The notes beneath the pieces are model-generated. The model was not told the origin of the DNA and made no database searches. It was given only the letters and a program-made list of their open reading frames with translations. From Actinomycetes bacterium (GTDB lineage Bacteria; Actinomycetota; Acidimicrobiia; Acidimicrobiales; JAJYXR01), in contig JAJYXR010000028.1 of the NCBI GenBank assembly GCA_021801795.1, forward strand, positions 21,429 through 85,428: a DNA stretch of 64,000 nt. The letters run 5' to 3'. Both the position numbers and the translations under genes were made by a program. Below are positions 9,357 to 18,208 of this stretch, one piece after another (the first letter of the stretch is position 1; each line of letters begins with the position of its first letter).

Positions 9357-10240
9357 GGCCGGCCGGCCTCCCCCGCCCCGGCTCGCCTCGCCTCGACCAG
9401 CAGCGCGAACCGCTCCGCCACCTCCGCGCCCTCCAGGCGCTCGTAGCCACCCGACGTCACGGTGGCCACCAGTGGGTAGATGCCGCGCACGAGGTCGGGG
9501 CCACCGGTAGCAGAGTCCTCGTCGGCAGCCTCGTAGAGTGCCCGTATCGCCAGGTCCAGAGCGCTGGCACGATCGAGTCCCTCGGCCCAGCCGAGCTTTA
9601 TCGTGTTGCGTGCATCCCGCCCGCCTGATCCCGTCGCGGCGTGGTCCGCTTCCTCGTAGTGCCCACCGGTGACGTCGTAGGTGAAGATCCGTCCCTCTCC
9701 ACGCCTTAGGTCGTAGCCCGCGAAGAGCGGCACCACCACCAGCCCCTGCATGGCCATGGGCAGGTGCTCGCGGACCATCTGACCGAGCTGGTTGGCCTTT
9801 CCCTCCAGGCTCAGCGCTACACCCTCGACCTTCTCGTAGTGCTCCAGCTGGGTCTGGAAGAGCCTCACCATCTCCACGGCGGGCCCGGCCACCCCTGCAA
9901 TCGCCACCACCGAGTGATCGTCCGCGGGGAACACCTTCTCCATCGCCCGGTGCGCTATGAGGTGTCCCTCGGTCGCCCGCCGGTCACCGGCCATGAGGAC
10001 GCCGTCTGCATAGCGCATGGCGACCACGGTCGTCGCGTGGGGAAGAGGCGGGTAGCCGCCGGCTGCTCCAGGCACGGCGGCACCCTGGGGGACCGGGACC
10101 TGGACCGGAACACCTGGCAGGTAGCCGAGACGAGTGCGACAGGCGCCCGTAGGGTCGCCGCCACCGCGGCCTATCCTGGCAAGCAGGTCCACGAAGTGAG
10201 GCCCGGGGTCTTCCCCGGGCGCGAACAGAGGTAGGGCCAC
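9353..10240 (-). CDS. prcB: Proteasome beta subunit with about 69-aa propeptide
   Basis: 295 aa. ...PLPHA|TTVVAMRYADGVLMAGDRRATEG... aligns with mycobacterial PrcB ...PHG|TTIVALKY...GDRR. The GTG start at 10240 directly abuts the pup stop codon. Confidence 0.9.
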   Translation of the reverse strand: MALPLFAPGEDPGPHFVDLLARIGRGGGDPTGACRTRLGYLPGVPVQVPVPQGAAVPGAAGGYPPLPHATTVVAMRYADGVLMAGDRRATEGHLIAHRAMEKVFPADDHSVVAIAGVAGPAVEMVRLFQTQLEHYEKVEGVALSLEGKANQLGQMVREHLPMAMQGLVVVPLFAGYDLRRGEGRIFTYDVTGGHYEEADHAATGSGGRDARNTIKLGWAEGLDRASALDLAIRALYEAADEDSATGGPDLVRGIYPLVATVTSGGYERLEGAEVAERFALLVEARRAGAGEAGRP

Positions 10241-10438
10241 CTACTCCCCACCCTTTTGGACGTAGCTGCGCACGAACTCCTCGGCGTTCTCCTCGAGAAC
10301 CTCGTCGATCTCGTCGAGAAGGTCGTCGAGCTCCGCCTTCAGCTTCTCGCCCGTCGCGCTGGCTGCCGGCGCCTCTTCCGGTGCCTTCTCCTCTGCTCGC
10401 GTCGTGCTGGAGCGCTTCTTCTGCTCCCGTTCAGCCAT
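10241..10438 (-). CDS. pup: Prokaryotic ubiquitin-like protein Pup (C-terminal GGE form)
   Basis: 65 aa. ...[28 protein letters not shown] is near-identical to the Pup C-terminal half. It lies between dop and prcB. Confidence 0.95.
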   Translation of the reverse strand: MAEREQKKRSSTTRAEEKAPEEAPAASATGEKLKAELDDLLDEIDEVLEENAEEFVRSYVQKGGE

Positions 10439-10465
10439 TGCTCATACACCCCTCGTCTCGCAGGC

Positions 10466-11953
10466 TCATCCTGCGCTCAACCTTTCCAACAGCTCCGAGG
10501 CCGATGTGCTTCCATCCAGAAGCGCCTCGGTGTGCTCGGCTGTGCCCCGCAGGGGGTCCATCATAGGTACGCGCTGGAGTGGCCCGGTACCCACGTCGAA
10601 GACCAGGGAATCCCAGTTCGCGCTGTTCACCGCCCCAGGGAAGCGCCGGAGGCACTCCCCCCTGAAGTAAGCCCTGGTAGACCGGGGAGGCTGTACCACA
10701 GCCGCCATGACACTCTCCTCCTCTACCAGCCGCTCGGCATCCAGCCTGGCGAAGAGCGACCGTTCGGGTCGCAGGTCGTGGTACTGCAGGTCGAGAGCAG
10801 CCAGGCGGTGGTCGTCCCATCCTATGCCGTGACGATCCCTGTAGGCCTCGATGAGCTGGAGCTTCGCTGCCCAGTCCACCTGGCGCGCCACCGCCGACGG
10901 GTCGGTCTCGAGGCCGTGGAGCACCTCCTCCCAGCGACGCAGGATCTCTCGACCCACCCCCTCTCCTCCCACCGAGTCCAGCCCACGCTCGTCTGCGTAC
11001 TTCCTGGCCAGCCGGTGAAGCTCCCATTGGATGTCCAGTGCGCCTGCGGTGCGCCCGTCGACCAGCTCGACCGGCTCGCGCATCGACAGGTCATAGGAGA
11101 TCTGCCGGATCGCCTGGACGGGCCTGGAGAGCCGGAGCTCCACGTTGCCGAGCGCGTCGTCCTCGATCATGGAGAGCACCAGGGCGGTGGTGCCCACTTT
11201 GAGGAAAGTGGCTACTTCGCAGAGGTTAGCGTCACCGACGATCACATGGAACCGGCGGTAGCGCTTCGGGTCTGCATGGGGTTCGTCGCGGGTGTTCACG
11301 ATGGGTCGCTTCAGGGTGGTCTCCAGGCCGATGGTCTCCTCGAAGAACTCCGACCGCTGGGAGATCTGATATGTCACCTCCCTGGCATGCGAGCCACCTG
11401 CCTCTGAGCCCACCTTCCCCGCACCGGTGTAGACCTGCCTGGTGACGAAATGCGATGTCACCTGATCGGCTAGCCGGGCGAATGGCAGGGCGCGATCCAT
11501 CAGGTAGTTCTCGTGGCAGCCGTAGGAGTTTCCCTTGGAATCGGAGTTGTTCTTGTAAACGGTGATCCGCTGGCCATCGGGCAGGATGCGGTTCACCGCG
11601 ACCATCGACCGGCGAAGGACCTCCTCCCCGGCCTTGTCGTATCGCACCAGCTCGAGCGCATCCGAGCACTCCGGGGTGGAGAGCTCCGGGTGGGCATGGT
11701 CCACGTAGTAGCGAGCCCCGCTGGTGAGCACCGCGTTCACCAGGTGGGTCTCCACCGCGGGTGGCATGGCACCCTCGCGCGTGTAACCCCTCGCATCGTT
11801 GCCCGGCGACTCGTCCTCGAAGTCCCAGCCGGCCCGCTCCAGGTCGGCGACATAGGCGCTCACCAGCATCGAGGATGAGGAGACGGGGTTGTCACCACCG
11901 AGGTGATGGATCCCGTACTCGGTCTCTATGCCGCAAACCTTCTTCACAGCCAC
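10466..11953 (-). CDS. dop: Depupylase/deamidase Dop
   Basis: 495 aa in the same family as PafA (VCGIETEYG...). It is the longer paralog and lies immediately upstream of pup, which is the position and length expected for Dop. Confidence 0.85.
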   Translation of the reverse strand: MAVKKVCGIETEYGIHHLGGDNPVSSSSMLVSAYVADLERAGWDFEDESPGNDARGYTREGAMPPAVETHLVNAVLTSGARYYVDHAHPELSTPECSDALELVRYDKAGEEVLRRSMVAVNRILPDGQRITVYKNNSDSKGNSYGCHENYLMDRALPFARLADQVTSHFVTRQVYTGAGKVGSEAGGSHAREVTYQISQRSEFFEETIGLETTLKRPIVNTRDEPHADPKRYRRFHVIVGDANLCEVATFLKVGTTALVLSMIEDDALGNVELRLSRPVQAIRQISYDLSMREPVELVDGRTAGALDIQWELHRLARKYADERGLDSVGGEGVGREILRRWEEVLHGLETDPSAVARQVDWAAKLQLIEAYRDRHGIGWDDHRLAALDLQYHDLRPERSLFARLDAERLVEEESVMAAVVQPPRSTRAYFRGECLRRFPGAVNSANWDSLVFDVGTGPLQRVPMMDPLRGTAEHTEALLDGSTSASELLERLSAG

Positions 11954-12044
11954 GTCGCGACCCTAGTGCTTCATCTGAAGCCGTTGCCCCTCCACCCGCC
12001 AGGGGCCTTGAAGCTCATGCCTACTCAAGGCGCAACGGCGATGC

Positions 12045-13895
12045 TCATAGGTACTGACCCGTCCCCACTCGCTCGATGGACCGTCCACCGCGAGCCTCGT
12101 CGGAGTCGGCCAGGAGGGTGCGCACGTAGACGATCCTCTCCCCCTTCTTGCCCGATATCCGTGCCCAGTCATCCGGGTTCGTGGTGTTCGGCAGGTCCTC
12201 GTTCTCCTTGTACTCCTGGCGGATGGACTCTATGAGGTCTGCAGTCCGGATGCCCCGCCCCTCGCCCCCGATTTCACGCTTTATGGCCAGCTTCTTCGCC
12301 CGGCGCACTATGTTCTCGATCATCGCCCCGGAGGCGAAGTCGCGGTAGTAGAGGATCTCCTTGTCGCCGTTCTGGTAGGTCACCTCGAGGAAGCGGTTCT
12401 CGTCGTCGGAGCGGTACATCTCCGCCACAGTCCTGTCGATCATGGTGGCTATGGCCTTTGCCTCGTCGCCTCCACCCAGGCTCTCGACCTCTGCCTCGTC
12501 TATCGGGATGTCAGAGGTGAGGTAACGGCTGAACACCTGTGCGGCCGCCGACTCGTCGGGACGCTCGATCTTTATCTTCACGTCGAGACGCCCCGGACGG
12601 AGGATCGCGGGGTCTATCAGGTCCTCCCGGTTCGAGGCACCTATCACGATCACGTCGCGTAGCGCCTCCACGCCGTCGATCTCCGCCAGCAGCTGGGGCA
12701 CGATGGTCGACTCCATGTCGGAGCTGATCCCAGTGCCACGGGTCCTGAAGAGCGAGTCCATCTCGTCGAAGAAGACGATCACCGGCACGCCTTCCTCGGC
12801 CTTCTCACGTGCCCGTTGGAACACCAGCCGGATCTGACGCTCGGTCTCCCCCACGTACTTGTTCAGCAACTCGGGTCCCTTGATGTTCAGGAAGTAGCTC
12901 CGCGCCTCGGCGTTACCAGTCGCCTCGGCCACCTTCTTGGCCAGTGAGTTCGCGACTGCCTTGGCAATCAGGGTCTTCCCGCAGCCCGGAGGGCCGTACA
13001 GCAAGATCCCCTTCGGCGCCGGCAGCCTGTACTCGCCGAAGAGGGCACGGTGCAGGTACGGTAGCTCGACCGCATCCGTGATCGCCTCGATCTGCTGGTC
13101 CAGACCCCCCACATCGGCATAGGTGACGTCGGGCACCTCCTCGAGCACCAGCTCCTCCACCTCGGGCCGTGGGAGCTTCTCCACCACGAGTCCCGAGCGC
13201 GCCTCCAGGAGCAGAGCGTCGCCGGAACGCAGGTGGACACCCGCCAGCGAGTCCGCGAGGGTGACCACACGCTCCTCGTCCGCGCGCCCGTAGATGATCG
13301 CCCTATGCTCGTCCAGCACCTCCTTCAGCGTGACGACCTCCCCAGAGTCCTCGCCTGGACGGGCCAGGACCACGTTCAGGGCCTCGTTCAGCACCACCTC
13401 CTGCCCCCGCTTCATCTCCGCCGGGTCGAGGTCGGGGTGCAGCGAGACCCTCATCTTCCGACCACCCGAGAACACGTCGACGGTGCCGTCCTCGTTCGCC
13501 GAGAGGTACGTCCCGTACGCCGAGGGAGGCTGGGTGAGCTTGTCCACCTCCTCGCGCAGGGCAGCTATGTGCTCCTTGGCCTGCTGGAGCGTATAGGTGA
13601 GCTTCTCGTTCTGGGACACCGCCTGGGCAAGCTGCCCCCGGGTTTCCAGAAGCCGTTCCTCGAGGGATTGGACGCGAGCCGGACCTTCGGAGAGCCGCCT
13701 ACGCAGCAACGCGACCTCGGCCTCGGCATCCTCGGCGCGTTCGGTGACCTCGGAAAGCTGCCTGCGCAGCTCTGCGATGTCCTGCCTTTCCGTTCCGGGC
13801 GTCACTACCACCTCCTCTGATACCTGACCGATAACCTCCATCGGCTTCGCGTACGGTGCGAACCTCCGAGCGACCCTTCGATTCCGACCATACAC
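12045..13895 (-). CDS. mpa: Proteasome-associated AAA ATPase Mpa/ARC
   Basis: 616 aa with an N-terminal coiled coil. Walker A is GPPGCGKT, and ...IVFFDEMDS... and ...[19 protein letters not shown]... are present. The C-terminal ...GTGQYL is the proteasome-docking motif. The start is uncertain: GTG at 13895 or ATG at 13841. Confidence 0.92.
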   Translation of the reverse strand: MYGRNRRVARRFAPYAKPMEVIGQVSEEVVVTPGTERQDIAELRRQLSEVTERAEDAEAEVALLRRRLSEGPARVQSLEERLLETRGQLAQAVSQNEKLTYTLQQAKEHIAALREEVDKLTQPPSAYGTYLSANEDGTVDVFSGGRKMRVSLHPDLDPAEMKRGQEVVLNEALNVVLARPGEDSGEVVTLKEVLDEHRAIIYGRADEERVVTLADSLAGVHLRSGDALLLEARSGLVVEKLPRPEVEELVLEEVPDVTYADVGGLDQQIEAITDAVELPYLHRALFGEYRLPAPKGILLYGPPGCGKTLIAKAVANSLAKKVAEATGNAEARSYFLNIKGPELLNKYVGETERQIRLVFQRAREKAEEGVPVIVFFDEMDSLFRTRGTGISSDMESTIVPQLLAEIDGVEALRDVIVIGASNREDLIDPAILRPGRLDVKIKIERPDESAAAQVFSRYLTSDIPIDEAEVESLGGGDEAKAIATMIDRTVAEMYRSDDENRFLEVTYQNGDKEILYYRDFASGAMIENIVRRAKKLAIKREIGGEGRGIRTADLIESIRQEYKENEDLPNTTNPDDWARISGKKGERIVYVRTLLADSDEARGGRSIERVGTGQYL

Positions 13896-14040
13896 CGCTC
13901 GTGAACGCCACCGGCGGCGGATGAACCGACCGCCGGCTGCCCGATAGTTGACACCGTGCCACCAGCATCGTTACCGTCAGGGAAAGGAGCCGCCAGGCGC
14001 CACGGCAGAGGCCTGTGGTCACGTGGGCGGAAACGACGAT

Positions 14041-14277
14041 ATGAAGGTCTGGATCGACCAAGATCTCTGCACTGGTGACGGTCTCTGCGAGGAGATCTGC
14101 CCCCAGGTGTTCACCCTGCTCGACGATGGCCTCGCCTATGTGAAAGAGGGCGACGAGGTGAAGAGCGACCCAGGTGGAGCCGCTGGCATGGCCGTAGTCC
14201 CAGACGGCTTGGAGGATGCCGTCACCGAGGCATCGGAGGAATGCCCGGGCGAGTGCATCTTCATCGAGGCCGGCTGA
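14041..14277 (+). CDS. Single-cluster ferredoxin
   Basis: The ORF opens at 13948, but the homology starts at the ATG at 14041: MKVWIDQDLCTGDGLCEEICPQVF...ECPGECIFIE. The Cys pattern is CxxDxxC...CP plus a distal CP. Confidence 0.8.
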   Translation: MKVWIDQDLCTGDGLCEEICPQVFTLLDDGLAYVKEGDEVKSDPGGAAGMAVVPDGLEDAVTEASEECPGECIFIEAG

Positions 14278-14294
14278 GTCGCTCCAGAGCGACT
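14277..14294 (+). terminator. Candidate hairpin just after the ferredoxin stop (no U-tract)
   Basis: AGTCGCT-CCAG-AGCGACT forms a perfect 7-bp stem with a 4-nt loop, overlapping the last base of the TGA. It is an I-shaped type only, so the call is weak. Confidence 0.3.
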
Positions 14295-14356
14295 GCTCTC
14301 CAGGCCGGCGCCGGCGGGACGAGAAGCCTGACTCGGCTCGCAGGACCAGCACTACC

Positions 14357-14392
14357 GGACCGAGGCCGGGACCGAGGCCGGGACCGAGGCCG
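14357..14392. repeat. 3 x 12-bp perfect tandem repeat GGACCGAGGCCG
   Basis: Read directly. It lies in the convergent gap between ferredoxin and trmI, 14 nt past the trmI stop. Confidence 0.9.
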
Positions 14393-14405
14393 CCAGAACG
14401 GCAGT

Positions 14406-15191
14406 TCAGGAAAGCAGCCGCGCTGTGGTCAGGAAGCCGGTGTGGGCCACCATCCTGTGGTCAGGCCGCACGGAGCGCTCCTCGACGTGCCAGGTCCGGT
14501 GAAGAACCTCGAAGGTCTCGGCGAAACCGAACCGGCTGTCCTCCAGAGCTGCGCGCAGGGATGCGACCTGGTTCACGGTGGGCAGGTAGGCGAGCAGGAT
14601 CCCGCCCGAGCGGAGAGCTCCCTCGGCATGTCCGAGCACCCGGTGGGGTTCTGGCAGGTCGAGAACTATGCGGTCCAGGCCCCTCTCGTCGATCCCCTCG
14701 TAGACGTCTCGCTCCTCCACCCGGTACGACACCTCGGATCCCAGCCAGGAAGCCACGTTCTGCCTGGCTCGCGCTGCGAAGTCGGACCGGATCTCGTAGC
14801 CGACCACCTCGACGCCTATACGGAGCATGGCAAGCGAGAGGGCTCCGGACCCCACTCCGGCTTCCAGGACGCGCTGGCCAGGTCCGAGGTCTGCCGCCAT
14901 GAGGATCGCACCCAGATCCTTCGGGTAGATCACCTGCGCGCCCCGGGGCATCTTCAGGACGACATCGGAGAGGGTGGGTCTCGTCACCATGAAGCGCCTA
15001 CCGGTCGATCCCACCACGGTGCTGCCATCCTCGGCGCCTATCACGTCGTCGTGCGCGACGATGCCCGCATGGGTGTGGAACTGGGCTCCGACTCTCAGCT
15101 CCAGTAGATACCGTCTGCGCTTCGGATCCACCAGGAGCACCTTCTCCCCGGCAGCCAGGGGGCCGCTGGAGGTGACCAGGGCCGGCCTCAC
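14406..15191 (-). CDS. trmI: tRNA (adenine58-N1)-methyltransferase TrmI
   Basis: ...FHTHAGIVAHDDVIG...MPRGAQVIYPKDLGAIL...VLEAGVGSGALSLAMLR... aligns with Rv2118c-type TrmI. The ORF extends to 15440, but the first 83 codons look non-homologous. The GTG at 15191 gives about 262 aa. Confidence 0.8.
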   Translation of the reverse strand: MRPALVTSSGPLAAGEKVLLVDPKRRRYLLELRVGAQFHTHAGIVAHDDVIGAEDGSTVVGSTGRRFMVTRPTLSDVVLKMPRGAQVIYPKDLGAILMAADLGPGQRVLEAGVGSGALSLAMLRIGVEVVGYEIRSDFAARARQNVASWLGSEVSYRVEERDVYEGIDERGLDRIVLDLPEPHRVLGHAEGALRSGGILLAYLPTVNQVASLRAALEDSRFGFAETFEVLHRTWHVEERSVRPDHRMVAHTGFLTTARLLS

Positions 15192-15583
15192 ACCCTTCCC
15201 ACGGCTCGACCCGGCGGCCTGCGGGATACTTGCGGCCACGGATGCCTCGGAGCCGAGGGGCGCTCCAGCCTCCACCTGGGCTTCAGTCCCCCGAGCCCGT
15301 ATGGGCGCGAGGATCGAGGCTGGAGATGACGAGCCGTTCGCCGGGATCGAGCCTGGTCCTCCACACCAGCGACGGTGGGCGCCTGCGTGCCCTGCGAAAA
15401 ACCCACAGGGAAACGGCCAGCACCAGCCAGAGCGGGTCACCGGAGCGGGCGCGCCGGAAGAGCTTCCTTACCAGGACGCCGAGCAGGCGGTCCATCACGA
15501 TGCCCCGAGGGGACTGGCAGCTTCAGGCGTCGGAGAAGTCACCGTGACGCTCCAATCGGGCTGATGGCTCCAGGCGTCATGGG

Positions 15584-15820
15584 CTATAGCCGGCGGATCT
15601 CGACGAGGGCCGAACGGCGTGTCCCGGCACGCCTGCCCAGTAGGTACACGCCGACCAATACCACCACCCCCACTACCGCCGCTCCTCTCACCAGGCTGGG
15701 ACGCACCTCCTCCATCTGCTCCCCGATGCCGCCCGCGAGCTGCCTGAAGCTGGCCTCGATGTCGTCGCGGCTGATCGCACGCTGTCGCGCTACACCATGT
15801 GCAGGTGAACGCCTGCTCAT
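15584..15820 (-). CDS. Small membrane-anchored hypothetical protein
   Basis: The ATG at 15820 is preceded by AAGGGGGG and overlaps the upstream gene's stop (ATGA). The product is 78 aa with one C-terminal TM helix (AAVVGVVVLVGVYLL). Confidence 0.5.
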   Translation of the reverse strand: MSRRSPAHGVARQRAISRDDIEASFRQLAGGIGEQMEEVRPSLVRGAAVVGVVVLVGVYLLGRRAGTRRSALVEIRRL

Positions 15821-16377
15821 CTGTCCCCCCTTTCGCGTCCTGCGCCGGGCTCGACCCGACGCGCCGGAACACTCATGACACGCCAGGCCGCGAGACCCAG
15901 GACCACGAGGGCCAGTAGGGCTCCAGCCAGGTAGGGCACCCACGAGAGGTTCCCCGCGAAGGTTCTGCCGGTCTCGCCCTGGAGCAGGCGCACGAGGGCC
16001 ACCACCAGGAATATCAGCCCAGCAGCCCAGGCTACCGAGCCCACCACACCGAAGGCCACGAACCTGGCAAGACCCTTCAGGGGGCCTATGGTCTCCTGCT
16101 TCGCGTACGCGACCAGGAGGTCCATTAGGTCGCCACCCGCGCCAGAGACCCCTCCGGCACCTTGCCTGTCCTTCAGCCATCGCTTGGGTCGGTTCAGGGC
16201 CGCCACGTCGACACAGCCTCCATTCGTCGTATCAGCCCTGCCTGCGGGCCTCGTATCAGCCCTGCCTGCGGGCCTCGTATCAGCCCTGCCTGCGGGCCTC
16301 GTATCAGCCCTGCCTGCGGGCCTGGTATCAGCCCTGCCTGCGGGCCTGGTATCAGCCCTGCCTGCGGGCCTCGACAT
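15817..16377 (-). CDS. Two-TM membrane protein resembling actinobacterial Holin-X / phage-holin-3_6 family; start uncertain
   Basis: The C-terminal 102 aa (MDLLVAYAKQETIGPLKGLARFVAFGVVGSVAWAAGLIFLVVALV...VPYLAGALLALVVLGLAAW) have the two-TM layout of that family. Candidate starts are 16125 (core only) and 16377 (includes the RPAGRADT x6 repeat). Confidence 0.45.
   Translation of the reverse strand: MSRPAGRADTRPAGRADTRPAGRADTRPAGRADTRPAGRADTRPAGRADTTNGGCVDVAALNRPKRWLKDRQGAGGVSGAGGDLMDLLVAYAKQETIGPLKGLARFVAFGVVGSVAWAAGLIFLVVALVRLLQGETGRTFAGNLSWVPYLAGALLALVVLGLAAWRVMSVPARRVEPGAGRERGDR
16229..16372 (-). repeat. 6 x 24-bp tandem repeat (GTATCAGCCCTGCCTGCGGGCCTC); would encode RPAGRADT x6 on the minus strand
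   Basis: Read directly. There are six contiguous units with at most 1 mismatch each. Confidence 0.95.
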
Positions 16378-16462
16378 CCTCCCCCGCGGGACACCTCCAC
16401 CGCAAGAACCGTTCCGTGCTCGACCAGCACGACTGCGGGCCTGGCGGCAATCCTCGGGATCG

Positions 16463-16882
16463 TCATGACCTGTCGCTGTAGAGGTACGTCGAGGAGGCCT
16501 TGGCCACGGTGCGACCCGAGTCGTCGACCACCTCGGCCTCCACGAAGGCAGCGCGCCTGCCGCCCGACACCACCTCTGCCCTGCAAGTGAGCATCCCACT
16601 GGGCGACACCGGTGCCATGAAGCTGACCTTCAGCTCTACGTTCGCGGAGTAGACCCGGCGATCCGGGTCCACCGAACGTGCGTAGGTGAGGCTGGCAGCC
16701 CCCATCGCCGAGTCGCACATTGCCGCCAGGAAGCCGCCCTGGAGAACGCCTGCGGGGTTCGTGAAGCGCTCGTCGGCGGGCATCTGCCACACGGTGTGTC
16801 CTGGCTGGGACTTGTCCACGCAGACGAGCCCAAGGGTGAGGTCGCAGTTCGGTGGGACCTGCACGCGGCCAGATGCCATCAC
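16463..16882 (-). CDS. PaaI-family hotdog-fold thioesterase
   Basis: 139 aa. ...FTNPAGVLQGGFLAAMCDSAMG... and ...RAAFVEAEVVDDSGRTVAKASSTY... are typical of the PaaI/YbgC-like 4HBT fold. Confidence 0.75.
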   Translation of the reverse strand: MMASGRVQVPPNCDLTLGLVCVDKSQPGHTVWQMPADERFTNPAGVLQGGFLAAMCDSAMGAASLTYARSVDPDRRVYSANVELKVSFMAPVSPSGMLTCRAEVVSGGRRAAFVEAEVVDDSGRTVAKASSTYLYSDRS

Positions 16883-16948
16883 AGCCCTCCGGTGGTGATC
16901 CTGGTGTCCTTGGTCGGCAGTGCCACATCATGAAGCTAGCCTGGGAGC

Positions 16949-18106
16949 GTGCACGAAGCGGCGAAACCGGTGGTGCGCGGCGCCCGAGTGCTCACTCCAT
17001 CCGGCATGGTGGAGAACGCCGAGGTGGTCATGAAGGGTGGGCTGATAGAAGAGGTCCGGCGCGCAGCCGGACCTGCCCCGGACGTGACCGTGGTGCCGGG
17101 CTTCATAGACCTCCAGGTAAACGGGGTAGACGACATAGACGTGGCTGTCGCCTCGGTGGACCAGCTCGACGCCCTGGCTGCGAAGCTGGCACGGCTCGGT
17201 GTCACCAGCTGGTGCCCGACGCTCACCTCGGCACCGCTAGGGGACCTCGAGTCCGCTGTCGGACGCATAGCTGCGGCTCGCGACCTGGAGCGCGCGGAGG
17301 AGGCATCACCCCGGGCCCGCATAGCCGGCGTGCATCTGGAGGGGCCGTTCATAACCGTGCCAGGCGCCCACCCGCTCTCGGCGATATCTGCTTCGCTCGA
17401 CCTGGGCTGGCTGGAGCGGATCACAGAGGCCCACGAAGGCATAGTACGCATCGTCACCCTGGCGCCCGAGCTGGACGGTGCCCTGGAGGCGATATCCAGC
17501 CTCACCAGGCACGGCGTGGTCGTCGCGCTGGGCCACAGCGCCTGCAGCTTCGAGCAGGCCGGCTCGGCTGCCGATGCTGGAGCCCGGCTGGTGACCCATC
17601 TCGGAAATGCGATGGGCTCGCTCACTGCACGTGCTCCGGGGCTTCTCGGAGCTGCTCTGGCAGACGACAGGCTCTATGCAAGCGTGATCGCGGATCTCGT
17701 GCATCTCCACAGGGGGTTCATGGGGCTGGCATGGAAGGCGAAGGGTGCCGAGAGGATGCTGCTCGTCACCGATTCGGTGGCGGTCCTGGCAGGGCATGCA
17801 GGACCGATCGAGCTGGCCGAACAGGCTGTGGCGCACGAGGGGCCGGCACGCCTGGCAGACGGAACCCTGGCCGGCGCGACCACGGGCATGGCAGAGGCGA
17901 TCCAGCACCTGGTCAGGGACGTAGGCATCCGGAGCGAGGACGCACTGCGAGCCGCGACGGCCCTGCCAGGGTCGTTGCTCGGCCTGGACGACCGCGGCAG
18001 GTTAGAGCCCGGAGCGCTGGCAGACATCGTGGTCCTCGACGCCGACTACAGGGTATGTGGTGTCTGGATCGGTGGAGTGCCGGTGTCCGGCGCCAGGCAC
18101 TCCTGA
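16949..18106 (+). CDS. nagA: N-acetylglucosamine-6-phosphate deacetylase
   Basis: 385 aa. The amidohydrolase signatures of NagA are present: ...VVPGFIDLQVNG..., ...GVHLEGPFI..., ...ALGHS... and ...THLGNAM... Confidence 0.8.
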   Translation: MHEAAKPVVRGARVLTPSGMVENAEVVMKGGLIEEVRRAAGPAPDVTVVPGFIDLQVNGVDDIDVAVASVDQLDALAAKLARLGVTSWCPTLTSAPLGDLESAVGRIAAARDLERAEEASPRARIAGVHLEGPFITVPGAHPLSAISASLDLGWLERITEAHEGIVRIVTLAPELDGALEAISSLTRHGVVVALGHSACSFEQAGSAADAGARLVTHLGNAMGSLTARAPGLLGAALADDRLYASVIADLVHLHRGFMGLAWKAKGAERMLLVTDSVAVLAGHAGPIELAEQAVAHEGPARLADGTLAGATTGMAEAIQHLVRDVGIRSEDALRAATALPGSLLGLDDRGRLEPGALADIVVLDADYRVCGVWIGGVPVSGARHS

Positions 18107-18208
18107 CGACCGTGCCAGGCGCTTGGAACGGACTACGGTGTTCAGGGTGACCCCACTGAATCTCCAGCCTCCCAGGATCGGAACGGTCTCGAACCGCGTG
18201 GTCACCCG

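Noticed and set aside
15192-15440. N-terminal 83 codons of the long trmI ORF
   Set aside because: They show no resemblance to TrmI, being Cys/Trp/Gly-rich. A GTG at 15191 gives the canonical length, so the extension is probably untranslated.
15283-15498. 71-aa minus-strand ORF (MMDRLLGVLVRKLFRRARSGDPLWLVLAVSLWVF...)
   Set aside because: It could be a small membrane protein between trmI and the holin-like operon. I have no family match, no clear RBS, and it overlaps other equally long ORFs, so it is not reported as a feature.
16229-16372. Possible CRISPR array (also considered for 6607-6741 and 57527-57598)
   Set aside because: The units are directly contiguous with no unique spacers, their periods are only 18-27 bp, and no cas genes are present. 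They are plain tandem repeats.
16852-18150. 432-aa Arg/Gly/Pro-rich plus-strand ORF
   Set aside because: It is an alternate frame of nagA, whose frame has the amidohydrolase motifs.
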